A model generated the notes under the pieces. That model searched no databases. It had not been told where the DNA came from and was given only the letters and a program-made list of their open reading frames with translations. This document shows, in pieces, positions 8,924 to 17,411 of a stretch of DNA of 64,000 bases (within the stretch, counting starts at the first letter, position 1; each line of letters opens with the position of its first letter). A program made the position numbers and the translations under genes. The stretch is from Rhodospirillaceae bacterium (GTDB taxonomy: Bacteria; Pseudomonadota; Alphaproteobacteria; Rhodospirillales; JABJKH01), in the NCBI GenBank assembly GCA_018660465.1, contig JABJKH010000065.1:3728-67727 (forward strand), written 5' to 3'.

Positions 8924-9894
8924 ACGAAAACAAACTTATCTCAATTGTCGTTCCAGTCTTCAATGAATCCGAAACCATCGACGCGTTTTTCGAGACACTT
9001 AACCCGGCCTTAGTGGGGCTTTCAAGCCGCTATAATTTTGAAATTATATTTACGGACAATCACAGCACAGACGATACATTTGAAAAGCTTGCTGATCGCG
9101 CAGCTCATGATAGCCGCGTACGGGTGATCCGTTTCTCGAGAAATTTTGGTTACCAACGGTCAATCCTTACCGCCTATACCAACGCCCGAGGTGCGGCGGC
9201 GATCCAGTTGGATTGCGATTTGCAAGATCCCCCTGCTTTGATCGAGCAATTCCTCGACCATTGGGAAGATGGCTACAAAGTCGTTTATGGCGTTCGGCGG
9301 TCGCGCAAGGAAGGCTGGTTGATTCGGTCAATCCGCCGCGTATTTTACCGTTTGGTGGACTGGCTGTCGGACATCGAATTGCCACATCACGCTGGCGACT
9401 TTCGCATCATTGATCGCCAGCTGCTTGATTTGTTGTCCGGTTCAATCGATTGCAATCCGTATCTACGCGGTATGATTTCCCGATACGGTTTTAAACAAAT
9501 CGGCATTCCATATGATCGGGACCCGCGAACTCAGGGAAAAAGCAAGTTTGGGCTGTCGGATTTGTTCACTGTTGCCCTTGACGGCATTGTCAGCCAATCG
9601 ACTGTGCCTCTTCGATTTGCAACCCATACTGGCCTTTTAATCGCCTTCGTCATGTTCGTGGCAATAATTGTGTACTCCGTTGGTCACGTATTTTTCGGTG
9701 CCACATGGCCGCCCGGTTTTGCCACCACGACCGTCCTTATTCTTTTTGGGATCAGCATCAACGCGATGTTTTTGGGAATAATAGGCGAATACATCGCACG
9801 TATTTATCAGCAATCTGTAAAAGACCGCATCACCATCGTGGAAAAAACTGTTCCAGAATCCGATGCTAAAATCGTCGTAACGCCCGGCAAATGA
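8920..9894 (+). CDS. GtrB/ArnC-like polyprenyl-phosphate glycosyltransferase (GT2 with C-terminal TM pair)
   Basis: ISIVVPVFNESETI, FTDNHSTDDT and DCDLQDPP, plus two C-terminal hydrophobic helices (LLIAFVMFVAIIVYSVGHVFF; TTTVLILFGISINAMFLGIIGEY). This is the typical bactoprenol-P sugar synthase architecture. Confidence 0.85.
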   Translation: MNENKLISIVVPVFNESETIDAFFETLNPALVGLSSRYNFEIIFTDNHSTDDTFEKLADRAAHDSRVRVIRFSRNFGYQRSILTAYTNARGAAAIQLDCDLQDPPALIEQFLDHWEDGYKVVYGVRRSRKEGWLIRSIRRVFYRLVDWLSDIELPHHAGDFRIIDRQLLDLLSGSIDCNPYLRGMISRYGFKQIGIPYDRDPRTQGKSKFGLSDLFTVALDGIVSQSTVPLRFATHTGLLIAFVMFVAIIVYSVGHVFFGATWPPGFATTTVLILFGISINAMFLGIIGEYIARIYQQSVKDRITIVEKTVPESDAKIVVTPGK

Positions 9895-10142
9895 TTTCCC
9901 GACCATCTCAGTCCAAATCAGAATTGGCGGCAACCAACAGTGATCAAGCACGGCTGAATAAGGCTTTAATCTGGAGCCTGTTTTTGGTTTTTGTAGGTAG
10001 CTTTGCCGTTCTCGTATTGGCGACTACTGCACCACTGTGGCTCGAACCCGCAGCAGAAGTCGACTTTTTGCGCAGTATAGGTAATTTAATACTGGATTTT
10101 TTAGAACGGTTTTACCACGAACCGGAAATGGATATCATTTAA
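9891..10142 (+). CDS. Small single-pass membrane protein, unknown function
   Basis: 4-nt overlap with the GtrB-like gene. One clear TM segment (ALIWSLFLVFVGSFAVLVLATTAPLWL). No recognisable family. Confidence 0.4.
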   Translation: MISRPSQSKSELAATNSDQARLNKALIWSLFLVFVGSFAVLVLATTAPLWLEPAAEVDFLRSIGNLILDFLERFYHEPEMDII

Positions 10143-10178
10143 GTGTAAGACCGTGGTTTCGGTCAGATTTGGTAAAAC

Positions 10179-11147
10179 TTAATTGAGTTCGTTAAAGTGG
10201 TTAATTGGAAGGCCCGCGCTACAGACATTTCTGTCCACATCGCGGTTTTGAAAAACCGCTAAATCCTTTTGATACTGTTCCAATAGTTGCGTTTGCAGAG
10301 CTGCTGCCTCCGTCGACTCACCACTACATAGAGCATCCGCCAAGGCCACAGCCTTCGGTGCTAAGCCTGCAACACGAAGCCGATGCACGAGCCACTCATT
10401 GAAATAAAGCGTCCTGTCTTCGACGATAGGCGGCAACAAGTCGGGAAATAGCCCATCTGGGTCATGAACAAGAATGTTAACCCCGTTTAGCCATCCGGCT
10501 TCCCACTTGGCTCTTTCTTCGGGCTCCATATTCGCGGGATGTGCCGGGCTGTAGGCTTCGAATACCATCTTGAAATCAGGATGGCTCAATAAGAAATCTC
10601 TAGTCGCCATACGGACATCGGGATAGTTCGCATCATCAATGACGATGACGGCCCGGTCGTGAAGATGGCGCTTCGCCAGGAGCAAGCAGACGAGTTGACT
10701 TCGATAGTCATGCGGGCCGTCGATGAGGTATAGGCCGACCTTGCGGTTGCCGATGTGGTCTTCCAGGGTTTCGAGGGCCGCCTCGAAATCCATGTTGATG
10801 AGTTTTGCATTTTTGGTTTTGAACGCGGTCATCCGGTCTTGAACGATGCTTAGGTTCTCATCGTTGGGATCAAGAATTCGAAAGTTATCGATGCCAAAAC
10901 AGGGCAGGTCCGGGGCATCGAGCGCGGTAGATACAAGAGTCAGACCTTGAAAGACACCAATTTCGAGGTAACAAGCTGTCTCGTCTGCTGACATCAATTG
11001 TGCCAAGCGCTGTAAGGCTCCCACTGTTTTTAAACCTGCAAGACCACTTAGGCCATCATCCCGATGATTGGATAGAAGACCCTGCTCTTCGGTCTCTTGA
11101 AGGGCGGTAAGGACATTTTCGAAATACTGCTTATCTGGCTTGGACAC
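10179..11147 (-). CDS. Class I SAM-dependent methyltransferase (Methyltransf_24/CmcI-TylF-like)
   Basis: Motif I-like YLEIGVFQGLTL and LYLIDGPHDY...VIVIDDANYP, typical of this O-methyltransferase subgroup. 322 aa, with a ~100-aa C-terminal extension. Confidence 0.65.
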   Translation of the reverse strand: MSKPDKQYFENVLTALQETEEQGLLSNHRDDGLSGLAGLKTVGALQRLAQLMSADETACYLEIGVFQGLTLVSTALDAPDLPCFGIDNFRILDPNDENLSIVQDRMTAFKTKNAKLINMDFEAALETLEDHIGNRKVGLYLIDGPHDYRSQLVCLLLAKRHLHDRAVIVIDDANYPDVRMATRDFLLSHPDFKMVFEAYSPAHPANMEPEERAKWEAGWLNGVNILVHDPDGLFPDLLPPIVEDRTLYFNEWLVHRLRVAGLAPKAVALADALCSGESTEAAALQTQLLEQYQKDLAVFQNRDVDRNVCSAGLPINHFNELN

Positions 11148-11235
11148 TGGCTAAAACCTGCGAAGTTATGGACGCGCGGCACCATGCCACAATGCCGGCT
11201 CTGTTTAAAAGTTTTTCTCACCTGACATAGTAGAA

Positions 11236-12870
11236 ATGCCTGTTCTCCTCCGCCAATCGTTTGACCTTCCATCGTCTGATTCATACAGAACTTGGTTCTC
11301 GGTCACGGGAACTGAAAGTTTTCTTGATGCCCAATCGAAACGATCTCGATTGGCGGAACAACTTGAAACTGCCTTTATGGAAAGCCGGGAAACTTGGTGG
11401 ACAATCGGTCTAAAAATAAGCCAGGAACCCACAGCCGAGATTTCCCATATGCCAACTGGTGGCGCATTCGGATCAGACTTCGGCGTGATGCTGGCATGGT
11501 CCCGGATTACGGCAGACGTCGCTAAAGACGAAAATGTGTGTTTGGTTTTATGCGACGACCCGTGGCTATTTCGGCATTTAGCCAAACTTTCGGGTGTGAC
11601 GGCAGGCAGGCCGCCACGGCTCCGCCTTACAGAACTAAAACTTTCCATCCGAGGGTGGTTGGCGCGAACCAAGACAGCTCTAAAAAACGCGCTGTTTTCA
11701 ACTCGACTGGTTAAGACCCAAGGCCAGGGCAGCGCAGCCATTCTGGTCTATGGCCATCCGCGCAGCACCGCCGACGGCTTCGATGCTTATTTCGGCGACC
11801 TGATGGCCCATGAACCAGAACTTCAACGCATCCTTCATACTGATTGCGATGCGGCGCGAGCGCGAGAACTCTCATCAAAAGGTCGAACGTCAAGTCTGCA
11901 CGCTTGGGGCCATACGTTTTTTGCGCTCCGTCTAATTTGGACAAAATGGCGGCCTGGGCGAGTTTTTACTGAAGGCAAATACGGCTGGCTGGTGCGCCGC
12001 GCTGCGGCAAAGGAGAACAGTGGCGGAGGCCCCGCCATGAACCGCTGGCAACTTCATTGCCAAGATAATTGGTTGAAAGAAGCAAAACCTTCTCGGGTAT
12101 GCTGGCCTTGGGAAAATCACAGTTGGGAAAGGGGGCTATGCCGCGCTGGTCGGAAACACGGTGTCCACACTCTCGGTTATCAGCACACTGTCGTCGGTCC
12201 CCATCAAATAAATTATTCGACCCGCACCAACCCTGATGGATTGGACAGCATCCCGGAAATAGTCATTTGTGACGGCCCTGCTTATCGAGATGAAGTTGCA
12301 GCTTGGGGCGTGCCTGATGATCGCCTGATCGTCGGTGGTGCCTTTCGGTTTAAAAGGTTTGCACCTGGAAGCCACGATCCATCAGGCCCCGTGTTCGTGC
12401 CATTGTCTGCCGTCCCTGCCGCAGCCCAAAAACAAATCGAGGCTGCGCACCTGTTGGCGGCCTCCGGCCAAAAAGTTCTCGTTAAAGGACATCCCATGTA
12501 TCCGGTGGCGTTCAGCGAGATAGAAAACCTGAGCCGCACAGAAACCCCACTTACGGAGCAAGCCGGTTTGTCCGCTGTGTTATTTTGTACCGGAACGTCT
12601 GGTTTGGAAGCCGTGTTGATGGGCCTCCCGGCCTATCGATTAATGCTCGATGATCGCATTGCGATTGATATCCTGCCTGCCAACATCAATGTGCCTAGCG
12701 TCACATTAGACGACGTCACCGAACAGGTTACTGGAAAGGTTCCGATTCGGCCCGTTAACTGGGATTCAGTTCTAACCGAGCCCGACATAAACCTTTGGCA
12801 TTCGCTGCTTTTCGGTGATATGCACGCGATGAACGACGTTCAAGAACCAGAGAAGAAACAAGTATCGTGA
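11236..12870 (+). CDS. Conserved-looking hypothetical protein; C-terminal half GT-B/TagF/KpsS-like? (function unknown)
   Basis: Long 544-aa ORF, translationally coupled to the next gene (GTGA at 12867-12870). C-terminal KVLVKGHPMYP...VLFCTGTSGLEAVLMGLPAY resembles the nucleotide-binding half of GT-B-type transferases. I recognise no diagnostic motif. Confidence 0.5.
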   Translation: MPVLLRQSFDLPSSDSYRTWFSVTGTESFLDAQSKRSRLAEQLETAFMESRETWWTIGLKISQEPTAEISHMPTGGAFGSDFGVMLAWSRITADVAKDENVCLVLCDDPWLFRHLAKLSGVTAGRPPRLRLTELKLSIRGWLARTKTALKNALFSTRLVKTQGQGSAAILVYGHPRSTADGFDAYFGDLMAHEPELQRILHTDCDAARARELSSKGRTSSLHAWGHTFFALRLIWTKWRPGRVFTEGKYGWLVRRAAAKENSGGGPAMNRWQLHCQDNWLKEAKPSRVCWPWENHSWERGLCRAGRKHGVHTLGYQHTVVGPHQINYSTRTNPDGLDSIPEIVICDGPAYRDEVAAWGVPDDRLIVGGAFRFKRFAPGSHDPSGPVFVPLSAVPAAAQKQIEAAHLLAASGQKVLVKGHPMYPVAFSEIENLSRTETPLTEQAGLSAVLFCTGTSGLEAVLMGLPAYRLMLDDRIAIDILPANINVPSVTLDDVTEQVTGKVPIRPVNWDSVLTEPDINLWHSLLFGDMHAMNDVQEPEKKQVS

Positions 12871-13976
12871 CCAATCTTCCCCTAAAAATTGCCCTCATTG
12901 GCTGCGGTCGCATTGCCGGCCATCATTGCCAATCCATCGGACAAGTTGATGGTGTCGAACTTGCCGCTGTCTGTGATCTGGACGTTGCGAAAGCGAAAGC
13001 CTATGGCGATCAGTTTTCTGTGCCGCATTTCACGGACTATCATGACATGTTCCAAGCAGTCCCCGAGATCGATATCGCCGCCGTCATTACCCCATCAGGC
13101 ATGCACTTTGAACACGGCGCGGACGTGATCGAACGCTATAAAAAACACCTGATCATGGAAAAGCCAACGTTCATGCGGCCCGAACAACTTCATACAGCGT
13201 ATGGCGCTGCGGATAATCACGGGCTTCATATTTTTCCGGTATTCCAGAACCGCAATAACAAGGCTGTGCGGCGCGTGCGAAAAGCGCTGGCGGCGGGCGA
13301 GCTTGGGGATATTCGGATCGTTTCGGTCCGGGTTCGCTGGTGTCGACCGCAGCGATACTATGACATGGCTCCGTGGCGCGGTACCTATTCGCACGATGGT
13401 GGCTGCCTGACCAACCAGGGAATTCATCACGTCGACCTGCTGCGGCATTTGGGTGGTGAGGTCGAGCGAATCAACGCCACCATGCGAACTCTTGGGGCCG
13501 ACATTGAGGTTGAAGATGCCCTGGTTGCCACAATGGCCTATAAGTCGGGTGCGATTGGCAATCTAGAAGTGACGACAGCTGCCAGACCCGATGATTTTGA
13601 GGCGTCGCTCTCAATCGTCGGTTCCGAAGGTCTCGCCCAAATTGGCGGCATTGCCGTGAACGAACTACAAGTATTTACGCCGGACCCAGGTGAGTGCGCC
13701 GACAACAGCGAAGATTTCGTTGGAATCAAAGGCCACGGGGCAGTTTACGGCTACGGCCATACGGATATGTATTCAGACATTGCTGCTTTCTTCCGCGACA
13801 AGTCACCCTATCCTGTAGATCGCAACGATTGCCTTGGGACCTTAAAACTCCTTCACGCATTTTATCGCTCAGATGAAGCGGGCGGTTGGGTCGATGTAGA
13901 CAGTGATGAGCAATCGGTACGCCTTGGCCGCGACAATGACGAAGTCTCCAACCTCTATCGGACACCCGCACCGTGA
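12867..13976 (+). CDS. Gfo/Idh/MocA-family NAD(P)-dependent oxidoreductase
   Basis: N-terminal Rossmann KIALIGCGRIAGHH, EKP motif (IMEKPTF) and a C-terminal alpha/beta domain. Confidence 0.85.
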   Translation: MTNLPLKIALIGCGRIAGHHCQSIGQVDGVELAAVCDLDVAKAKAYGDQFSVPHFTDYHDMFQAVPEIDIAAVITPSGMHFEHGADVIERYKKHLIMEKPTFMRPEQLHTAYGAADNHGLHIFPVFQNRNNKAVRRVRKALAAGELGDIRIVSVRVRWCRPQRYYDMAPWRGTYSHDGGCLTNQGIHHVDLLRHLGGEVERINATMRTLGADIEVEDALVATMAYKSGAIGNLEVTTAARPDDFEASLSIVGSEGLAQIGGIAVNELQVFTPDPGECADNSEDFVGIKGHGAVYGYGHTDMYSDIAAFFRDKSPYPVDRNDCLGTLKLLHAFYRSDEAGGWVDVDSDEQSVRLGRDNDEVSNLYRTPAP

Positions 13977-15019
13977 CCGAACCTCTCAAAATCGGAATTG
14001 CAGGATATGGCGTGGTCGGCAACCGCCGCCGCCAAGTGATCGACAAGCGCTCAGACATGAAGGTCGTCGCTGTTTGCGATCAGAAACTGGGGGGGGATGG
14101 CGTCTTTGACGATGGCGTTAAATTTTTTGGTGAATACAGTCCCCTACTGGAAGAAAATCTCGATGTATTGTTTGTATGCCTGACCAACGATTTAAACCCG
14201 GATGTCAGCATTGCCGGGCTTGAGCGCGGTCTACATGTGTTCTGCGAAAAACCACCGGGGCGAGATGTCGGCGATGTGACGCGGGTAATTGCCTGCCATC
14301 AGAAACACCCCAACCTAAAGCTCAAATATGGATTTAATCACCGCTACCATGATTCGGTCCTGGATGCGCTGCGGCTGGTGCAGTCGGGGGAATTGGGCAA
14401 AGTCATTAATCTCCGGGGACTTTACGGAAAGTCTCAGCTGATTACCTTCGGTCAAAGTTCATGGCGGACAGACAGGAAACTTTCAGGCGGCGGTGTGCTG
14501 CTGGACCAGGGTATTCATATGGTGGACTTGCTGAGGCTATTCGCAGGCGAATTTGTCGATGTGAATAGTTTTATTTCAAACGGTCATTGGAACCACGACG
14601 TCGAAGACAACGCCTATGCCTTGATGCGGACAGAAGCCGGCGTCGTCGCCATGCTGCATTCATCCGCAACCCAATGGCGGCACCGGTTTAATTTGGAAAT
14701 TTCCTTGGAATTGGGCTCGATTACCCTGTCAGGCATCTTATCCGGATCTAAAAGCTACGGCGCGGAAACCATGACCGTGGCACGCACGGCCGGTGATGAT
14801 ATGGGCGATCCCCGAGAAGAAACCACGCGCTACAACAAAGACACTTCATGGGCCGACGAGGTGGCCGAATTCGCAACGGCTATCCAGGATAACACTCCGA
14901 TTACCAACGGCTCCGCTGAAGACGCATTGAAAACAATGGGACTGGTCTATCGTATTTACTGCGCGGATTCCGAATGGAAAGCTAAATGGGGCTTGAGCCA
15001 TGACGTTCCGGCGTTATAA
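13973..15019 (+). CDS. Gfo/Idh/MocA-family NAD(P)-dependent oxidoreductase (second, tandem)
   Basis: LKIGIAGYGVVGNRR and CEKPPG. 4-nt overlap with the upstream paralog. Confidence 0.85.
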   Translation: MTEPLKIGIAGYGVVGNRRRQVIDKRSDMKVVAVCDQKLGGDGVFDDGVKFFGEYSPLLEENLDVLFVCLTNDLNPDVSIAGLERGLHVFCEKPPGRDVGDVTRVIACHQKHPNLKLKYGFNHRYHDSVLDALRLVQSGELGKVINLRGLYGKSQLITFGQSSWRTDRKLSGGGVLLDQGIHMVDLLRLFAGEFVDVNSFISNGHWNHDVEDNAYALMRTEAGVVAMLHSSATQWRHRFNLEISLELGSITLSGILSGSKSYGAETMTVARTAGDDMGDPREETTRYNKDTSWADEVAEFATAIQDNTPITNGSAEDALKTMGLVYRIYCADSEWKAKWGLSHDVPAL

Positions 15020-15049
15020 GTACCGCACAACGTTTCGGATTGAGAGAGA

Positions 15050-15439
15050 ATGAGCGCACACCGCCAGACTGACAGAGCCTTCGGTATTATGTTTGCCGTG
15101 GTTTTTTCCATTGTCTTTGCCATTGCGCACTTCGGTTTTGCTGTTCGCTTGGACTGGGCGTTATGGGTGGCAGGTGGTTTTTTGGTCCTCGCGCTCCTGG
15201 TCCCTTGGCTGCTGATGCCGTTAAACAGACTTTGGGAAAAGTTTGCGTTTCGTCTCGGCTTTGTCAGCAACCACCTCCTGCTGGGCGCTTTCTTTTTCCT
15301 TTTTGTTTTCCCAATTAGCCTTATGCTCCGCGTCTTCGGTTCCGATCCGATGCATCGGAAGTTCGAGCCAAAATCAGACACGTATTGGTCCAAGGTCACC
15401 CGTCACACGAACCGGGAGACCTTTGGTGATATGTTTTAG
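15050..15439 (+). CDS. SxtJ-like small membrane protein
   Basis: 129 aa with three hydrophobic segments and a C-terminal ...LMLRVFGSDPMHRKFEPKSDTYWSKV...GDMF. This matches my recollection of the SxtJ family that accompanies carbamoyltransferases. Confidence 0.65.
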   Translation: MSAHRQTDRAFGIMFAVVFSIVFAIAHFGFAVRLDWALWVAGGFLVLALLVPWLLMPLNRLWEKFAFRLGFVSNHLLLGAFFFLFVFPISLMLRVFGSDPMHRKFEPKSDTYWSKVTRHTNRETFGDMF

Positions 15440-15452
15440 ACGGAATTAATCT

Positions 15453-15605
15453 ATGCTCTCAGTCTTCGGCCAACTTATTAAGTTTATGCGCGTCTATAAG
15501 AAATTCTGGATGGCGCCGCTTATTTTTGGGCTGGTCGCCCTCGGCGGTCTGTTAATCGCCGCCCAAAGCACCGCCATCGCTCCCTTTATTTATATGATTT
15601 TCTAG
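15453..15605 (+). CDS. DUF5989 / SxtK-like 50-aa membrane peptide (not in supplied ORF track)
   Basis: Manual translation: MLSVFGQLIKFMRVYKKFWMAPLIFGLVALGGLLIAAQSTAIAPFIYMIF*. It has a basic KKFW segment, a single TM and the family-typical C-terminal APFIY-x-x-F. It lies between the SxtJ-like gene and the carbamoyltransferase. Confidence 0.65.
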   Translation: MLSVFGQLIKFMRVYKKFWMAPLIFGLVALGGLLIAAQSTAIAPFIYMIF

Positions 15606-15617
15606 GCGCATCTCACC

Positions 15618-17411
15618 TTGATCGTTCTCGGCATTTCAGCATTTTACCATGACAGCGCCGCGGCCCTGGTCCGCGACGGTGAAATTGTTGCGGCCGCACA
15701 GGAAGAGCGCTTCACGCGAAAGAAAAATGATTCTGAATTTCCCGCAAATGCCATCGCCTATTGCTTGAACGAAGCTGGCGTTACGCTTGATGACGTCGAC
15801 TATGTTGGATTTTACGATAAGCCGTTGCTGACCTTTAACAGGCTATTAGAGACTTATCTTTCTTTTGCACCCCGAGGATTGCCGTCATTTGTTAAGGCGA
15901 TCCCGGTTTGGGTTAAAGAAAAAATTCTTCAAAAAAATCTGATTTTGAAAGGCGTTAATGGGCTTGATCTCGGAACAACCGACGAAGATAAAATCCTGTT
16001 CGGGTTTCACCATCATTCCCATGCCGCCAGTGCCTTCTACCCGTCGCCCTTTGATGAGGCGGCAATTCTGATTATGGATGGCGTCGGAGAATGGGCGACA
16101 ACGTCCACAGGCATCGGCAAGGGCAATGATGTTACCTTGGAAAAAGAAATTCGTTTTCCTCATTCCCTGGGAATGCTGTATTCCGCATTTACCTCTTATC
16201 TAGGTTTTAAAATCAACGATGGCGAATACAAGGTCATGGGACTGGCCCCCTATGGGGAGCCGAAATACGTTGATGTGATGCGGGACAATCTAATCGATTT
16301 CAAAGATGACGGCTCGTTTCGCCTGAACATGGATTATTTTAATTATTGCATCGGCCTGACCATGACCAATAGCAAGTTTGCCGACTTGCTTGGCGGGCCT
16401 ACCAAACATCCGGCCCAGCCCATGACCCAGCGCGATATGGACATCGCCCGCTCGGTTCAGGTGATAACAGAGGAGGCTGTTTTAAATCTTTGTCGCGGCT
16501 TGCAAAAAGAAACCGGGCAAAAAAATTTATGCATGGCGGGGGGCGTTGCGCTCAACTGTGTCGCAAATGGTAGATTATTACGTGAAGGGCCGTTTGAGAA
16601 TATTTGGATACAACCTGCAGCAGGCGATGCCGGCGCATCATTAGGTGTCGCTTTGGCGATTTCCCATAGTCAAGGTGGCGTTGACCGAAAACCCGCAAAC
16701 GGGTCTAGAGACGCCATGCAAGGATCCTATTTAGGGCCCGCCTACGCCGAGGATACTGTTAAGGAAATCTTGGATACGGCCGGTGCAAACTATGACATCT
16801 TGGAAGATGCGGAATTGTTTAAAAATGTCGCCGAGGTATTGGCGGACGAAAAGGTTGTCGGCTGGTTTCAAGGGCGGACAGAGTTTGGTCCAAGGGCGCT
16901 CGGCAACCGGTCCATTCTGGGTGACCCCCGTTCCGAACGCATGCAGCGGATGCTTAATCTCAAGATAAAATACCGGGAAAGTTTTAGGCCCTTTGCACCA
17001 GCAGTTTTGCGCGAAGACGTTTCAGAATTTTTCGACCTAGATGGTGACAGCCCCTACATGCTGCTGGTCGCGCAAGTGAAAGACAAATTACACCAAGACC
17101 TATCTGAAGCAGAGGCTGCGCTAAAAGGCTTAGATAAACTCTATGCCGTTCGCAGCACGGTCCCCGCCATTACCCATGTCGATTATTCAGCCCGCATCCA
17201 AACAGTTCACACCGATACCAACCCGCGCTTCCATAAATTACTTGAAACGTTCAAGGAACAATCCGGCAATGGGATGTTGGTAAACACCAGCTTTAATGTC
17301 CGCGATGAGCCAATCGTCTGTTCGCCAGAGGATGCGTATCGGTGTTTCATGGCCACCGAAATGGACATGCTTGTGCTGGGCAACGTGGTCCTGTTGAAGG
17401 AGAACCAGTGA
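15618..17411 (+). CDS. NodU/CmcH-family carbamoyltransferase
   Basis: N-terminal MIVLGISAFYHDSAAALVRDGEIVAAAQEERFTRKK, then ...GGVALNCVANG...NTSFNVRDEPIV. 597 aa. TTG start. Confidence 0.9.
   Translation: MIVLGISAFYHDSAAALVRDGEIVAAAQEERFTRKKNDSEFPANAIAYCLNEAGVTLDDVDYVGFYDKPLLTFNRLLETYLSFAPRGLPSFVKAIPVWVKEKILQKNLILKGVNGLDLGTTDEDKILFGFHHHSHAASAFYPSPFDEAAILIMDGVGEWATTSTGIGKGNDVTLEKEIRFPHSLGMLYSAFTSYLGFKINDGEYKVMGLAPYGEPKYVDVMRDNLIDFKDDGSFRLNMDYFNYCIGLTMTNSKFADLLGGPTKHPAQPMTQRDMDIARSVQVITEEAVLNLCRGLQKETGQKNLCMAGGVALNCVANGRLLREGPFENIWIQPAAGDAGASLGVALAISHSQGGVDRKPANGSRDAMQGSYLGPAYAEDTVKEILDTAGANYDILEDAELFKNVAEVLADEKVVGWFQGRTEFGPRALGNRSILGDPRSERMQRMLNLKIKYRESFRPFAPAVLREDVSEFFDLDGDSPYMLLVAQVKDKLHQDLSEAEAALKGLDKLYAVRSTVPAITHVDYSARIQTVHTDTNPRFHKLLETFKEQSGNGMLVNTSFNVRDEPIVCSPEDAYRCFMATEMDMLVLGNVVLLKENQ

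Noticed and set aside
14089-14096. A G8 homopolymer inside the second Gfo/Idh/MocA gene, plus G7/C7 runs at 694-700, 21246-21252, 27400-27406, 39490-39496 and 54815-54821, considered as possible slipped-strand phase-variation switches in glycan genes.
   Set aside because: A back-of-envelope expectation for 64 kb at ~25% per base (0.25^n x 0.75 x 64,000 x 2) is about 6 G/C runs of >=7 and 1-2 runs of >=8. That matches what is seen. One run is in housekeeping lolA, and all are in-frame Gly/Pro codon runs. There is no enrichment, so no support for contingency loci.
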